DNA from: Acidimicrobium ferrooxidans
GTDB lineage: Bacteria > Actinomycetota > Geothermincolia > Fen-727 > Anoxymicrobiaceae
NCBI GenBank assembly: GCA_020723485.1
Contig: DYIU01000003.1
Span: forward strand, 394,347-458,346
Direction of reading: 5' to 3'
DNA length: 64,000 nt
The notes under the pieces were generated by a model, which was not told where the DNA came from, made no database searches, and worked only from the letters and a program-made list of their open reading frames with translations. Of the stretch, positions 37,942-49,815 are shown one piece after another. Position 1 is the first letter of the stretch. Every line of letters begins with the position of its first letter. A program made the position numbers and the translations under genes.

Positions 37942-38214
37942 CTACTTGTTCGACAGCTTGGTCACCTGGAGTATCTCCTGGATCATCTCCTGCTTGCGCT
38001 TGTCGCTCGCCGACGACATCGCCTTCTTGAAGCAGTCGTTCAGGTGCCCTTCCATCAGCATCTGGTTCGCTGACTTGAGAAGGCCGATTACGGCGAGGTC
38101 CTGCTGCATTATGTCGACGCAGTACTCGTCGTTCTCTATCATCTTGATGATCTTCCCGAGAAGGCTCTGCGCTTTCTTGAAGTTGATGAGGGTCTTTTCC
38201 TTCTGGACGTTCAA
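37942..38214 (-). CDS. csoR: CsoR/RcnR-family metal-sensing transcriptional repressor
   Basis: 90-aa protein with conserved Cys and His positions (...DEYCVD...GHLNDC). First gene of the copper operon. Confidence 0.75.
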   Translation of the reverse strand: MNVQKEKTLINFKKAQSLLGKIIKMIENDEYCVDIMQQDLAVIGLLKSANQMLMEGHLNDCFKKAMSSASDKRKQEMIQEILQVTKLSNK

Positions 38215-38253
38215 GAGGCCACCTCCTTGTCTACCCCTACCATGGGTATAGGT

Positions 38254-38910
38254 CTATGACGAGAGATTACCACCCGGGGTTCCCCCTGTCAAACGGGCCG
38301 CGGCGTCCTGCAGGTCCGCTATCAGGAAGTAGCCGCTCAGGGCCGTCAGGTTCGGTCGCAGCCTCACTTCCCTTCCGGCACCGGAGAACCAGGACTTCTC
38401 TATGGTGATGCCCCCCGATTCACAGTAGTCGACAAAATCGCCGATGCTCAGGAAGTGCAGGTTCGGAGTATCGTGCCAGGCATATGGGAGCGAAGGCGTC
38501 ACGGGAGTCCGCCCCCTGAGCAGTATCTGAGCCCTCGCCCGGTAGTGAGCGAAGTTCGAGAACCCGACTATCGTCTTCTCGCTCACCCTCAAGGCTTCCC
38601 GCAACACGGCGTGGGGCCTGCGCACGACCCTCTGCAGGCTGCCGTCGAATATCGTGTAATCAAATGCGCCGCTCCCGTAGTCCCGCAGGGCGTCGTCGAC
38701 CTCCTCGTGAAGGACGTTGAGCCCCTTCTCTATGCATGAGAACACCGACGCGTCGTCCAGTTCTATCCCGTGGGCCCTGACGCCCCGTTCGGACGCCAGG
38801 CGTGCCAGGAGGTCCCCGCTGCCGCAGCCGAGTTCCAGCACCGAGGAACCGGGCTCGACCCAGTCGACAATGATATCCTGCGCCGACCTGCCCTCTTTTC
38901 GAACCGCCAC
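38254..38910 (-). CDS. metW: Methionine biosynthesis protein MetW
   Basis: VLELGCGSGDLL methyltransferase-like fold. Directly follows metX. Confidence 0.75.
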   Translation of the reverse strand: MAVRKEGRSAQDIIVDWVEPGSSVLELGCGSGDLLARLASERGVRAHGIELDDASVFSCIEKGLNVLHEEVDDALRDYGSGAFDYTIFDGSLQRVVRRPHAVLREALRVSEKTIVGFSNFAHYRARAQILLRGRTPVTPSLPYAWHDTPNLHFLSIGDFVDYCESGGITIEKSWFSGAGREVRLRPNLTALSGYFLIADLQDAAARLTGGTPGGNLSS

Positions 38911-38911
38911 T

Positions 38912-40060
38912 TCAGCCCTCCTCCTCCACCGTCCGCAGGAAATGCGTTATGAGCCTGGTCTGCTCATCGACCTCGAGAAGGAACGCGTCGTGGCCGTATG
39001 TGGAGGGGACCTCGCAGTACGACACCTCGACGCCCGCCCTCTTGCATGCCCGCACTACATGCTGTGACTGGTAGGACGGGTACAGCCAGTCGGACCCGAA
39101 TGACATGACAAGGACCCTGGCCTCGAGGCCCTCGAACGCGGCCGCCAGGCTTCCGCCCCGCGCGGCGTCATACTCGTCGATCGCCCTCGTGATGTAGAGG
39201 TAAGAGTTCGCATCGAACCTCTCAACGAAGGAGGAGCCCTTGTGATGCAGGTAGTCCTCCACCTCGAACCCGTTGCCGAACGGGTGGGACCTCCCGTCAG
39301 GGCAGACCCGCCTTCCGAACTTCTCCGACATCGAGGTGTCACTCATGTAGGTTATGTGGCCGACCATGCGGGCGACGCTGAGCCCGCCCGCCGGCCGCTC
39401 GCCACCGTAGTAGTCCCCGTGGTTCCAGTTCGGATCAGAGAGGATGGCCTGCCGTCCCACCTCGTTGAAGGCTATCTGCTGGGGCGAATGCTTCGCAGCG
39501 GTAGCGCACACGATTGCACTCCTTGTCCTTCCGGAATAGGAGACCAGCCATTCGAGGACCTGCTGGCCGCCCATGGAGCCCCCCGCAACACTCAGCAGCG
39601 TGTCGATTCCCAGGTGGTCCAGCAGGCACGCCTGGACCCTCACCATGTCGGGGATGGTCACCGGGGGAAAGGAGCCTCCGAACGGCCGCCCCGTGGCGGG
39701 GTCAACGGTCGAAGGGCCGGTGGTTCCTCTGCATCCTCCGAGGACGTTCGAGCAGACTATGAAGAACCTGTCGGTGTCGAATGCCCTGCCCGGCCCGATC
39801 ATGTCGTGCCACCAGCCCGGTTTCCGGTCTCCCCGGTGCCAGCCGGCGGCATGCGCGTCTCCGGAGAAAGCGTGCGCGACCAGTACCGCGTTGGACCGGT
39901 CCGCGTTCAGCCTGCCATAGGTCTCGTAGGCCACGGTGACAGGGCTCAGGCTCTCGCCGCAGTCCAGGAGGAACGAATCCGGGGGCGGGGCGATAGTCAC
40001 GGAACGGGGCTCTACCAGGCCGACCCCGTCAAGCACCGCCGTAGTATCTTCTCTTTCCAT
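38912..40060 (-). CDS. metX: Homoserine O-acetyltransferase MetX
   Basis: Alpha/beta hydrolase with GGSMGG nucleophile elbow. Start at MEREDTT with a GAGGTGAG Shine-Dalgarno site. The ORF track's 133-codon extension was discarded. Confidence 0.85.
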   Translation of the reverse strand: MEREDTTAVLDGVGLVEPRSVTIAPPPDSFLLDCGESLSPVTVAYETYGRLNADRSNAVLVAHAFSGDAHAAGWHRGDRKPGWWHDMIGPGRAFDTDRFFIVCSNVLGGCRGTTGPSTVDPATGRPFGGSFPPVTIPDMVRVQACLLDHLGIDTLLSVAGGSMGGQQVLEWLVSYSGRTRSAIVCATAAKHSPQQIAFNEVGRQAILSDPNWNHGDYYGGERPAGGLSVARMVGHITYMSDTSMSEKFGRRVCPDGRSHPFGNGFEVEDYLHHKGSSFVERFDANSYLYITRAIDEYDAARGGSLAAAFEGLEARVLVMSFGSDWLYPSYQSQHVVRACKRAGVEVSYCEVPSTYGHDAFLLEVDEQTRLITHFLRTVEEEG

Positions 40061-40068
40061 TACCGCTC

Positions 40069-41700
<1,632 letters not shown>

Positions 41701-41754
41701 CGTAACTATCACCGCAAGGCCCCGGTGCCTTCGACGGAGAGGAACACAAGCGAC

Positions 41755-42237
41755 ATGAAGATCTCGACACGGGCGCGGTACGGCATGCGCGCCATGCTCG
41801 ACATAGCAGTTCACAGCGACGGCGGCCTGGTCCTCTTGAAGGACATCGCCGCCAGGCAGGAGATCTCGAAGCGCTATCTCGAGCACATGATGACGCAGCT
41901 TCGGAACAGCGGTCTCGTGGTCTCCGAGCGCGGCGCGAGCGGCGGCTATCGACTCGCCCGCGACCCGGGCGACATAAGGCTCGACGAGATATTCGAGGCG
42001 CTCGAGGGGGAGATAGCGGTGGTGGAGTGCATAAGAGACGCCGCCATCTGCAGCAGGGCCGATGAATGCGTCACAAGGGACCTCTGGTGCGAGGTGGCCT
42101 CCGCCATACGTTCCGTGCTGGGGACCAAGACCCTGGCGGATCTCAAGAAGCGATATGAAAGGGTAAAGGAACAGGGGAGGGATTCCGGCAGGGGAGATGT
42201 TCGGGTTCACTCCTCGACGGGAAGGGCCGTGAAGTAG
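41755..42237 (+). CDS. Rrf2-family transcriptional regulator with three clustered Cys (IscR/NsrR-like Fe-S cluster ligands)
   Basis: N-terminal wHTH (ISTRARYGMRAMLDIA) and CIRDAAICSRADEC. Divergent from metY. Confidence 0.8.
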   Translation: MKISTRARYGMRAMLDIAVHSDGGLVLLKDIAARQEISKRYLEHMMTQLRNSGLVVSERGASGGYRLARDPGDIRLDEIFEALEGEIAVVECIRDAAICSRADECVTRDLWCEVASAIRSVLGTKTLADLKKRYERVKEQGRDSGRGDVRVHSSTGRAVK

Positions 42238-44135
42238 AAAGTGGCTCCCTCACCGGGCTTGCCCTCAGCCCAGACCCTTCCGCCGTGGCGGCGCACTATG
42301 CGCTGTACTACCGCGAGGCCTATGCCCACACCCTCGTACTCCTCGGGGGAGTGCAGCCTGCGGAACACGCCGAAGAGCTTGTCGGCATAGCGCATGTCGA
42401 AGCCGGCGCCGTTGTCCTTTACGAAGTAGACGTTCTCCCCGTCGCCGCGGAGGCTGCCGACCTTTATCCGGGCAACGTCCGTCTCCCGCGTGAACTTCAC
42501 CGCGTTCGAGAGGAGGTTGTCCCACACCTGCTGCCACATCACCGGGTCGCCCATCGCGTGAGGGAGCTCGTCGACCTCGAACTCGACGGCGCGCCCGTCG
42601 ATGGAAGGCTCGAGCTCCCCGATGACGTTGCCGACCAGCTCGTTCATATCGACCTCGCGCTCGGCGAGCTCCCGCCTGTCCACCCTCGACAGCATCAACA
42701 GGTGCTCGATGAGCTCGGCCATGTAGTCGCAGTTCTGCCTTATGACTGAGAGCAGCCTCAGGCCCTCACCGTCAATCGACTCCGAGTGCTCTTCCTCCAG
42801 GATGCGCGAGAACCCTTCGATCGCCCTTAGCGGAGTGCGCAGGTCGTGCGACACGGAGTATGAGAACGCCTCGAGCTCCTTGTAGGCCGACTGGAGCTGC
42901 GCCGTGCGCTCGATGACACGCCGCTCGAGCTCCTGGCTCAGCTTCCGGCGCTCCTCTTCGATGCGTTTTCGCTCCGATATGTCGCGCACTATACCAACAG
43001 CACCGTTTCGTTCACCCTGCTTGTCAGTAGTCTGCCAGACGCATAGAGACACGGGCATAGTCGTTCCATCCTTGCGGATGTACTCCTTTTCGAACTCATC
43101 GCAGTAACCTTTTGACACGAGCTGCCTGCCGACTATCTCCCTCTCGAGCTCATGCCAATTGGCGGGGGTGACCTGCTCAAAGGTCATCTCCGAAAGCTCT
43201 TCCATCTCGTATCCGAGCATATCCAGGAATGCCTGATTCGCCCCGGTGAAACGGCCATCCAGGTCACAGGATACGATCCCATCCCTGCTTGATTCGTAAA
43301 GCGTGCGGTACTTCTCCTCGGAATCCCTGAGCCTGGCCTGGGCCTCTTTCTGCTTGGTTATGTCGCGCGAGACCACCAGTACGCCATAAGGGTTGCCTTC
43401 CTTGTCACGCAGGAACCCCGCGCTCAGCTCCGCCGGGTAGGTCGAGCCGTCCTTCCGCAGCTGCTCAACCTCCACCCTCACCGGGACCGGGGGGTCTGTG
43501 TTGGTCTCCACCTGCCGGGCGAACTGCTCGGCGAAGACTTCGGACACGCTTCTGAACGACTCCTCCGTTATGAACTCCCTCGTGCTCCGGCCGAGGCCTT
43601 CCTCCGGCGTGAACCCCGTGTTCCTCTCGACCGAAGGGCTCACGTAGGTGACTTTGAGCTCCATGTCCGTTGTGATTATGAGCTCATTGGCGTTCTCCAC
43701 CAGCAGGCGGTAGTGCTCCTCGCTCTCACGGAGGGCGCGCTCGGCATGATGGCGCACTATCGAATAGCGCATCGACCTCTCGAGCGAATCCGGGCTTATC
43801 CTTCCCTTGGTGAGATAGTCCTGAGCGCCCATATCGAGAGCACGGGACGCAGTGCCGCTCTCGTCGAGGCCGGTGAGGACCACCACCGGCACCTCGACCG
43901 ACACGTGATTGAGAACTCTCTCTACGGTCTCCAGCCCATGGGCGTCGGGCAGGGTGAGGTCGAGCAGCAGGATGTCGAACGGCTCAGCCTCGATGCGGGC
44001 CAGGCCGGACGTCAGGCTCCCCTCGGCCTCGAGCTCGAAGGGCCCCCCGGGGGCGTCCTTCAGCAGTTCGGCGATGAGCCGGGCGTCGCCCGGGTTGTCC
44101 TCTATCAGCAGTACGCGCATGCCGTCTCCGCTCAT
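42207..44135 (-). CDS. Hybrid sensor histidine kinase: N-terminal REC receiver, three PAS domains, HisKA, HATPase_c
   Basis: LLIEDNPGD...VVLTG (receiver domain). PAS repeats. H-box SHDLRTP. N, G1 and G2 boxes (GIGLAVV). Confidence 0.8.
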   Translation of the reverse strand: MSGDGMRVLLIEDNPGDARLIAELLKDAPGGPFELEAEGSLTSGLARIEAEPFDILLLDLTLPDAHGLETVERVLNHVSVEVPVVVLTGLDESGTASRALDMGAQDYLTKGRISPDSLERSMRYSIVRHHAERALRESEEHYRLLVENANELIITTDMELKVTYVSPSVERNTGFTPEEGLGRSTREFITEESFRSVSEVFAEQFARQVETNTDPPVPVRVEVEQLRKDGSTYPAELSAGFLRDKEGNPYGVLVVSRDITKQKEAQARLRDSEEKYRTLYESSRDGIVSCDLDGRFTGANQAFLDMLGYEMEELSEMTFEQVTPANWHELEREIVGRQLVSKGYCDEFEKEYIRKDGTTMPVSLCVWQTTDKQGERNGAVGIVRDISERKRIEEERRKLSQELERRVIERTAQLQSAYKELEAFSYSVSHDLRTPLRAIEGFSRILEEEHSESIDGEGLRLLSVIRQNCDYMAELIEHLLMLSRVDRRELAEREVDMNELVGNVIGELEPSIDGRAVEFEVDELPHAMGDPVMWQQVWDNLLSNAVKFTRETDVARIKVGSLRGDGENVYFVKDNGAGFDMRYADKLFGVFRRLHSPEEYEGVGIGLAVVQRIVRRHGGRVWAEGKPGEGATFYFTALPVEE

Positions 44136-44578
44136 CCTCCATCCCCCGTGGGAAGCTTTACGACCGTCAGCCAGAAATCCTCCACCGCCTTCACCACCGA
44201 GACGAACTGCTGAAGGTCGACCGGCTTGGTTATGTAGCAGTTAGCGTGCAGGTCGTAGCTCTTCAGTATGTCCCGCTCGTCCCTCGATATCGTCAGTATC
44301 ACGACCGGGATGCGCTTCAGGTCCGGGTCCCCCTTGATCTCGGCCAGGACCTCCCTGCCGTTCTTCCTTGGAAGGTTGAGGTCGAGGAGCACCAGGTCGG
44401 GGCGGGCGGCCTCTTCGTATTTCCCCTGCCTGCGCAGGTACTCCATCGCCTCCTCGCCGTCCATCACCACGTTCAGCTTGTTGAGGACTTTGCCCTCCTT
44501 CATGACCTCCCGGGTGAGCCTTATGTCGCCGGGATTGTCCTCGACGAGGAGTATCTCGAGCGGCTTCATCCTGTTCAT
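44132..44578 (-). CDS. Single-domain response regulator (CheY-like receiver)
   Basis: LLVEDNPGD...LLDLNLP...KPV. 4-nt overlaps with both flanking kinase genes. Confidence 0.8.
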   Translation of the reverse strand: MNRMKPLEILLVEDNPGDIRLTREVMKEGKVLNKLNVVMDGEEAMEYLRRQGKYEEAARPDLVLLDLNLPRKNGREVLAEIKGDPDLKRIPVVILTISRDERDILKSYDLHANCYITKPVDLQQFVSVVKAVEDFWLTVVKLPTGDGG

Positions 44579-46557
44579 TCAGGCTCTCCTTCCGCGGGCA
44601 TCGTGAAGTAGAAGGTGGCGCCCTCGCCCGGCTCGGACTCCGCCCAGATCCTTCCACCGTGCTGCTCGACTATCTTCCTGCTTATGGCGAGCCCTATCCC
44701 CGTACCCTTATACGTTCCCCTGGGGTTGAGCCTCTGGAATATGTCAAAGATGCGCTCGGAGTGCCTGGGGTCGAAACCGATGCCGCTGTCCTTCACCGAG
44801 AAGACCCATTCTCCCCCCTCGAGGTTCGCGGAGACGTGTACCCTCGGAGGCTCCGAGCCCCTGAACTTTATCGAGTTGCCTATGAGGTTCTGGAACAGCT
44901 GAGAGAGGTTGGTCTCGTCAGCCATGACCGACGGAAGGGTGTCGCTCGTGATGACCGCGCCGGATTCCTCGATCGGGAACGCGAGGTTGGCCCGCGCCCT
45001 GCCCAGCGCCACGTTCACGTCGGTAGGCTTCATCTCCTCTCCACCCGTCCCGACCCGCGACAGGGCCAACAAGTCGCTGATAAGCGTCTGCATCCGTTCG
45101 GCCCCGTCCACCGCGTACCCTATGAACTCGTCGGCGTCGTCGTCGAGGCGCCCCCGGTACCGGTCTGCGAGCAGCTGAACGTAGCTCGAGATCATGCGCA
45201 GCGGCTCCTGGAGGTCGTGTGAGGCCACGTAGGCGAACTGCTGCAGCTCGGCGTTCGAACGCTCGAGCTCGGCCATCGCCTCGTGCAGCTCGGCGGTGCG
45301 CTCGGTTACCAGCTCCTCCAGGACCTCCCGGCGCAGGCGGAGCTCGACCTCGGCCCGGTAGCGCCCGAGTGCTTCCATGAAGGCAGCCCCCAGGGCATCG
45401 AGGTCCTGGACGTCCTCTTCCTCGAAGCCGCCCTCCTTGTTGGCGAGCGCGATGACGCCGACAGCCCGGTCCTCCCACCTGAGCGGGACTCCCAGGAACG
45501 ACCTGATCGGCGGGTGTCCCACCGGGGTGCCGGTGGTGTCGGGGTCGGACGCGGGGTCGTTCACCAGCTGTGGCTTGCCTTCCTTGATGACCCTCCCCCA
45601 GAAGCTGGTGAGCTCCATGTCGTTTATCATCCGGACGGCCTGGGTCTCCGGCATCATGCATTCCGCCCAGCCGGGCTCGCTCAGGGACTTGGTGTCGAGC
45701 AGCCCTTTCTCGTTGACCATCCCCAGGAACCCGAACCTGGCCCCCGAGATGCGCTCCGCCACCGACAAGCATGCGCGGGCGATATCCTCCTCGTCCTCGG
45801 TGGTGAGGCCGGTCCTGAACACGAGGTTGAACCCCTCGAGTATCTCTCCCTTGCTCTTGACGCGCTCGGTCATCCGGTTGAACGAGGCGGCGGCCTCTGC
45901 TATCTCGTTCCTGCCGCGCACCTCTATTGGGGTCTCGAGGTCCCCCTCGGCCACTCTCCTGGTCCCCTCCCCGATGGCGTCCATTCCCTTCAGGACCCAG
46001 ACGCTCACCACAACGGTGTCCGCGACGACGAGGAGAGCGAGCAGCGCCACCAGGACCGTCGGGAGGATGACACCGAGCCTTATCGCGCTTGAGAGCTCCT
46101 GCCTGCTTTCGTTTGTGAGCTGCGCGCTGAAGTCGGCGACCTCCTGGGCTTTCGCGGTCAGGTCCCCGACTATCTGGTCCTCGACGCGCTGGGAGGCGAT
46201 GGCATCTATCGCGCCTGACTGCAGGGCCTGCCAGTTGGCCTCGAGCCTGTCGAAGCCTTCGCCTACCGCGGGCTGATAACCCAGCAGCAGGCCTATCTTC
46301 GCCACGTGGTCGCCTCCGGCGAATTCGCGGTCGGCATCCTTCAGCAGGCTTATCACCCGCTCGTGTACGGCGTGCCACTGCCTCGCCGTCCTCTCGTTGT
46401 GCAGCAGCAGCCAGTCGGACCTGAGGGCTATCCGCTCGAAAGCCGCCTCCGAGAGCTCCGAGGCGGTCTCCAGCCTCCGGGACGCCCCGCTCGCGCGGGA
46501 AAGGACGAGTGTACTAGCGGTTATTACGACCGCCGCCACCACTATCGTCGCGGCCAT
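44575..46557 (-). CDS. Sensor histidine kinase: N-terminal TM, periplasmic or helical sensor, TM, HAMP, GAF, HisKA, HATPase_c
   Basis: H-box [13 protein letters not shown] core. GTGIGLAI G2 box. Confidence 0.8.
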   Translation of the reverse strand: MAATIVVAAVVITASTLVLSRASGASRRLETASELSEAAFERIALRSDWLLLHNERTARQWHAVHERVISLLKDADREFAGGDHVAKIGLLLGYQPAVGEGFDRLEANWQALQSGAIDAIASQRVEDQIVGDLTAKAQEVADFSAQLTNESRQELSSAIRLGVILPTVLVALLALLVVADTVVVSVWVLKGMDAIGEGTRRVAEGDLETPIEVRGRNEIAEAAASFNRMTERVKSKGEILEGFNLVFRTGLTTEDEEDIARACLSVAERISGARFGFLGMVNEKGLLDTKSLSEPGWAECMMPETQAVRMINDMELTSFWGRVIKEGKPQLVNDPASDPDTTGTPVGHPPIRSFLGVPLRWEDRAVGVIALANKEGGFEEEDVQDLDALGAAFMEALGRYRAEVELRLRREVLEELVTERTAELHEAMAELERSNAELQQFAYVASHDLQEPLRMISSYVQLLADRYRGRLDDDADEFIGYAVDGAERMQTLISDLLALSRVGTGGEEMKPTDVNVALGRARANLAFPIEESGAVITSDTLPSVMADETNLSQLFQNLIGNSIKFRGSEPPRVHVSANLEGGEWVFSVKDSGIGFDPRHSERIFDIFQRLNPRGTYKGTGIGLAISRKIVEQHGGRIWAESEPGEGATFYFTMPAEGEPE

Positions 46558-46597
46558 CGCAAGTATGAGAAGGGTCCTTATCTTCAGCGCATCCTCC

Positions 46598-47611
46598 CTA
46601 GTGTGCCACCTCGACAGCTTCGGGATCGGCCCTTTGTAGGCCGGTGAAATCTATTCTCTCCAGGTAGTCCGGCGCGGGAGTCCCGCCCGCGAAGCCGCTC
46701 TCGACGTACCAGGTGGCCTCGAGGTCGAGCTGGAGCATCAGGCAGTTGGTGAGTGATATCTCATAGAAGTTGTTCGGCCATGCGTAATCAAGGTACGGCA
46801 TGCTGAGCCCGTATGCCATGGAGACTGCGCGCCTGGCGTCGCGCGGGTTCTTCCTGATGAAATCCACCGCGTCGACGAGCGAGCGCATCAGCCGCTCGGA
46901 CATGCCGGGCGCCCGCTTCAAGACCTCCTCGGTGGAAATGGCGGTGAAGTGGAAATGCTGGTCGCCGAGGGCCGACCAGGTCACCGCCTCCTCTCCGAGC
47001 ATCTCCTTGAGCTGGTAGGCCACCGGGTCCCAGATGACGACCGCTTCTACGGTGCCCGCGGCGAGCGCCCGGCTCATCTCCTCCGGGGCGAGGTCGACCA
47101 CTGTGACGTCGCCAATGGTGAGGCCCTCCCTCTTGAGGCTGCTTCCCAGAGCGTACGCGCCGAGCGTTCCGGGGGAGACGCCCACCCGGCGGCCCTTGAG
47201 GCCGGCGGCGGTCGATATCCCGCTGCTCGTGGTGGTGATAAGCCATATGGTCTTTACCCTGTCAATCGACGCGAGCAGGCGGAGGGAAGGCTCGCTGAAG
47301 CTGGCGCTCGCGAAGACGTAGTCCGCCGCGGTGGCGACGTCCGCGTCCCCCGCCAGCAGGGTCTGAACCGCCGCGGCGCCGGTCTGGCTCTCGACCTGGG
47401 TCACGTCAAGGCCGTTGGACTGGAAATAACCTTCGGCCTCGGCGACGGCGATCGGAGCGGACATCTCACCCGGGTATATCGCTATTCGCACTTTCATCGC
47501 GGGAGTTGGAGCCCCGCATCCCGCCGCGCCCAGCGCGACCGACGCACTGAGCGCCACGACAAGTACCAGTGCCGTTAAAGCCGGTCCCAAGTGTCTCTTT
47601 GAGCTACGCAT
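46598..47611 (-). CDS. ABC-type substrate-binding lipoprotein of the NitT/TauT (NMT1-like) family, located upstream of the kinase genes
   Basis: Lipobox AAGCG. NMT1/SsuA-like fold. Confidence 0.65.
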   Translation of the reverse strand: MRSSKRHLGPALTALVLVVALSASVALGAAGCGAPTPAMKVRIAIYPGEMSAPIAVAEAEGYFQSNGLDVTQVESQTGAAAVQTLLAGDADVATAADYVFASASFSEPSLRLLASIDRVKTIWLITTTSSGISTAAGLKGRRVGVSPGTLGAYALGSSLKREGLTIGDVTVVDLAPEEMSRALAAGTVEAVVIWDPVAYQLKEMLGEEAVTWSALGDQHFHFTAISTEEVLKRAPGMSERLMRSLVDAVDFIRKNPRDARRAVSMAYGLSMPYLDYAWPNNFYEISLTNCLMLQLDLEATWYVESGFAGGTPAPDYLERIDFTGLQRADPEAVEVAH

Positions 47612-47819
47612 TTCACTGCCGCCGGTGAATGGACACACTGCCGCTCGCCTGTCCGCTCTCAGATCCCCTGCCAGGCTGTATTCATTGTAGCATTACCGGT
47701 CACCCTCACATGATAGGGAGACCTCCTAATAATCCCTGCCGCTCCGGCACGCATTTCCAGTGGGATTTTGAGTAAGATTAGTCTTTGAGCGTTGTGACGT
47801 CCGGACCTGGAGGGCGGCG

Positions 47820-48542
47820 GTGCAGGCATTCAGTGACAAATGGATACGTTACTTCGAGAGGCCCGGGCCGGCCAATACGCGGGATACCCTCGAATGCTGC
47901 AGGCGGAGAGCCGTCGAGCTGGGCCTCCGAACCGTTGTGATTGCGAGCCTCAGGGGGGAGAGCGCGCTGCTCGCTCTCGAGGTGCTCGCGGGGACGGGGT
48001 TCGAGGTCGTAGCGGTAACCATCCCTCCCGGCGCATTCTGGACCGTGGGCTCTATGCACAACGACATCTGGGACGACATCCCCGAGCTGAGGGCGCAGAG
48101 GGAGGCGTGGGAGAGCGAAGGCCTCGGGCGGGTGCGGATGGACATGGACGAGGATACGGAGGCCCGTCTGACCGCCATGGGGGTGAAGGTGGTCCGGGGT
48201 ACGATACCGTTCTACGCCATTGGGACCTCGCTCGCCGCCCGCTTCGGGGGCTTGAACTTCGAGCAGTACTTCACCGAGGCCCTGCGGCTGTTCTCGGGTG
48301 GTACGATAGTGTGCGTCGAGGCCGCGCTGATGGCCGCGGATGCCGGCGCGGTCTCCATTGAAGACGAGGTGGTCGCGGCCGCCGGCACTTCGATGGGGCT
48401 CGACACCGCAATGGTCGTCAGGCCCTCGACCAGCCTGACCTTCCTCGAGCCCGGCTCCGGCCTCGAGATTCGGGAAGTCGTAGCGATGCCGCGTGCAAAA
48501 CCGAAATACTCTCCCGGGGGAATGGGAGAGGAATACCGATAG
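47820..48542 (+). CDS. Hypothetical protein, possibly with a pyruvate-kinase C-terminal-like (alpha/beta) domain
   Basis: GTG start with a GGAGGG Shine-Dalgarno site. 240 aa. Only a weak family resemblance. Confidence 0.4.
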   Translation: MQAFSDKWIRYFERPGPANTRDTLECCRRRAVELGLRTVVIASLRGESALLALEVLAGTGFEVVAVTIPPGAFWTVGSMHNDIWDDIPELRAQREAWESEGLGRVRMDMDEDTEARLTAMGVKVVRGTIPFYAIGTSLAARFGGLNFEQYFTEALRLFSGGTIVCVEAALMAADAGAVSIEDEVVAAAGTSMGLDTAMVVRPSTSLTFLEPGSGLEIREVVAMPRAKPKYSPGGMGEEYR

Positions 48543-48571
48543 CCCAGCTGAGGCAGAGGGCGAATGGAACG

Positions 48572-49093
48572 ATGCTGATAAACACGGAAAGCGTGGAGAT
48601 AACGTGCTCGCAGGACCACCCCGGCGACGAGGACTGGCTGGCGAAGGCGCGCGTGCCTGAGGACCTAACTCCAATCATGCCGTACGTCAACGCAGTCGTG
48701 AAGCGCACTGACTACTACACCGACGTGCCGGCGATAATCTGGATGCACGGAGACCGCAGAGTCGCGGTGCGTCCTCACGAGATAGCCGTGAGCCACGTCG
48801 GCGATACTGAGGAGGCCGCGGTCGAGGTCCGCAAGGTCGTCGACTGGCTCAACGACCTCTGGGAACGGCGGGACGCAGTGACCCCCATGGCGGAGCCGAA
48901 GTCCCTGCCTCCGCTTATGAGCGTCCTGAGGCTTCTGCCGATGAACAACTGCGGGGAATGCGCCCTGCCTACGTGCACCGCTTTCGCGGTCAACCTCATC
49001 GAGGGCGACAGGCGCATCGAGGACTGCCCGGCGCTCACGTCGGAAGAGGGCCGGGAGAGAGCGCGGGCGCTCGAGGACATGGGCCTCACCTGA
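48572..49093 (+). CDS. Protein with a C-terminal four-Cys FeS domain like the N-terminus of the corrinoid iron-sulfur protein large subunit (CGECxxPTCxxFA...C)
   Basis: Motif LLPMNNCGECALPTCTAFAVNLIEGDRRIEDCPAL. Confidence 0.5.
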   Translation: MLINTESVEITCSQDHPGDEDWLAKARVPEDLTPIMPYVNAVVKRTDYYTDVPAIIWMHGDRRVAVRPHEIAVSHVGDTEEAAVEVRKVVDWLNDLWERRDAVTPMAEPKSLPPLMSVLRLLPMNNCGECALPTCTAFAVNLIEGDRRIEDCPALTSEEGRERARALEDMGLT

Positions 49094-49114
49094 GAGGCCC
49101 GGGAAAGGACCGAA

Positions 49115-49783
49115 ATGACCGGACTGAACGAACGGCGCTTCTTCTGCTCCTGGAGCGGAGGCAAGGATGCTTGCCTCGCGCTCTACCGCGCGGTGCAGGC
49201 TGGCGGGAAGCCGGCCGCGCTCCTCACGACGCTGAACGAGGACGGCCTGAGCTCGCGAGGCCATGGCATAGAGCCGGGCTTGTTGCGGGCCCAGGCTGAG
49301 AGCCTCGGGATCGAGCTGGTCACCAGGCCCACGAGCTGGGAAGGCTACCGGGAAGAGTTCCTGGCCGCTGCGCGGACGCTGGCCGGCGGAGGGGTCGGGA
49401 TCGGCGTTTTCGGAGATATAGACCTCCAGGTGCACCGTGACTGGATCGAAGACGTCACGTCCGACGCGGGGGTGGAGCCGTTCTTCCCGCTGTGGAAGTG
49501 CGAACGCTCCGAGCTGGTCGGCCAGTTCATCGATGCAGGTTTCAAGGCCACCGTCATCTCTGTGAAGGAAGAGGTGCTGCCGGCCGGGCTCCTGGGGGAG
49601 GAGCTCACCGCCGAGACGCTCGCTGCGATAGAGAAAGCGGGGGCGGACCTCTGCGGTGAGGACGGCGAGTACCATACCATTGTGACCGACGGACCTCTGT
49701 TCATGACGCCGCTCGAGCTGGTGACCGGCGGCACGTCCGAGCGCGACGGCTACACGGTACTCGATATCCGGGGCAAGGCATGA
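49115..49783 (+). CDS. PP-loop ATP pyrophosphatase of the Dph6/MJ0570-like (diphthine-ammonia ligase-like) family
   Basis: CSWSGGKDA PP-loop at the N-terminus. 222 aa. Confidence 0.7.
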   Translation: MTGLNERRFFCSWSGGKDACLALYRAVQAGGKPAALLTTLNEDGLSSRGHGIEPGLLRAQAESLGIELVTRPTSWEGYREEFLAAARTLAGGGVGIGVFGDIDLQVHRDWIEDVTSDAGVEPFFPLWKCERSELVGQFIDAGFKATVISVKEEVLPAGLLGEELTAETLAAIEKAGADLCGEDGEYHTIVTDGPLFMTPLELVTGGTSERDGYTVLDIRGKA

Positions 49784-49815
49784 GAGTCTATCTCGGCGAC
49801 CTGGAAGGAGTGCGC

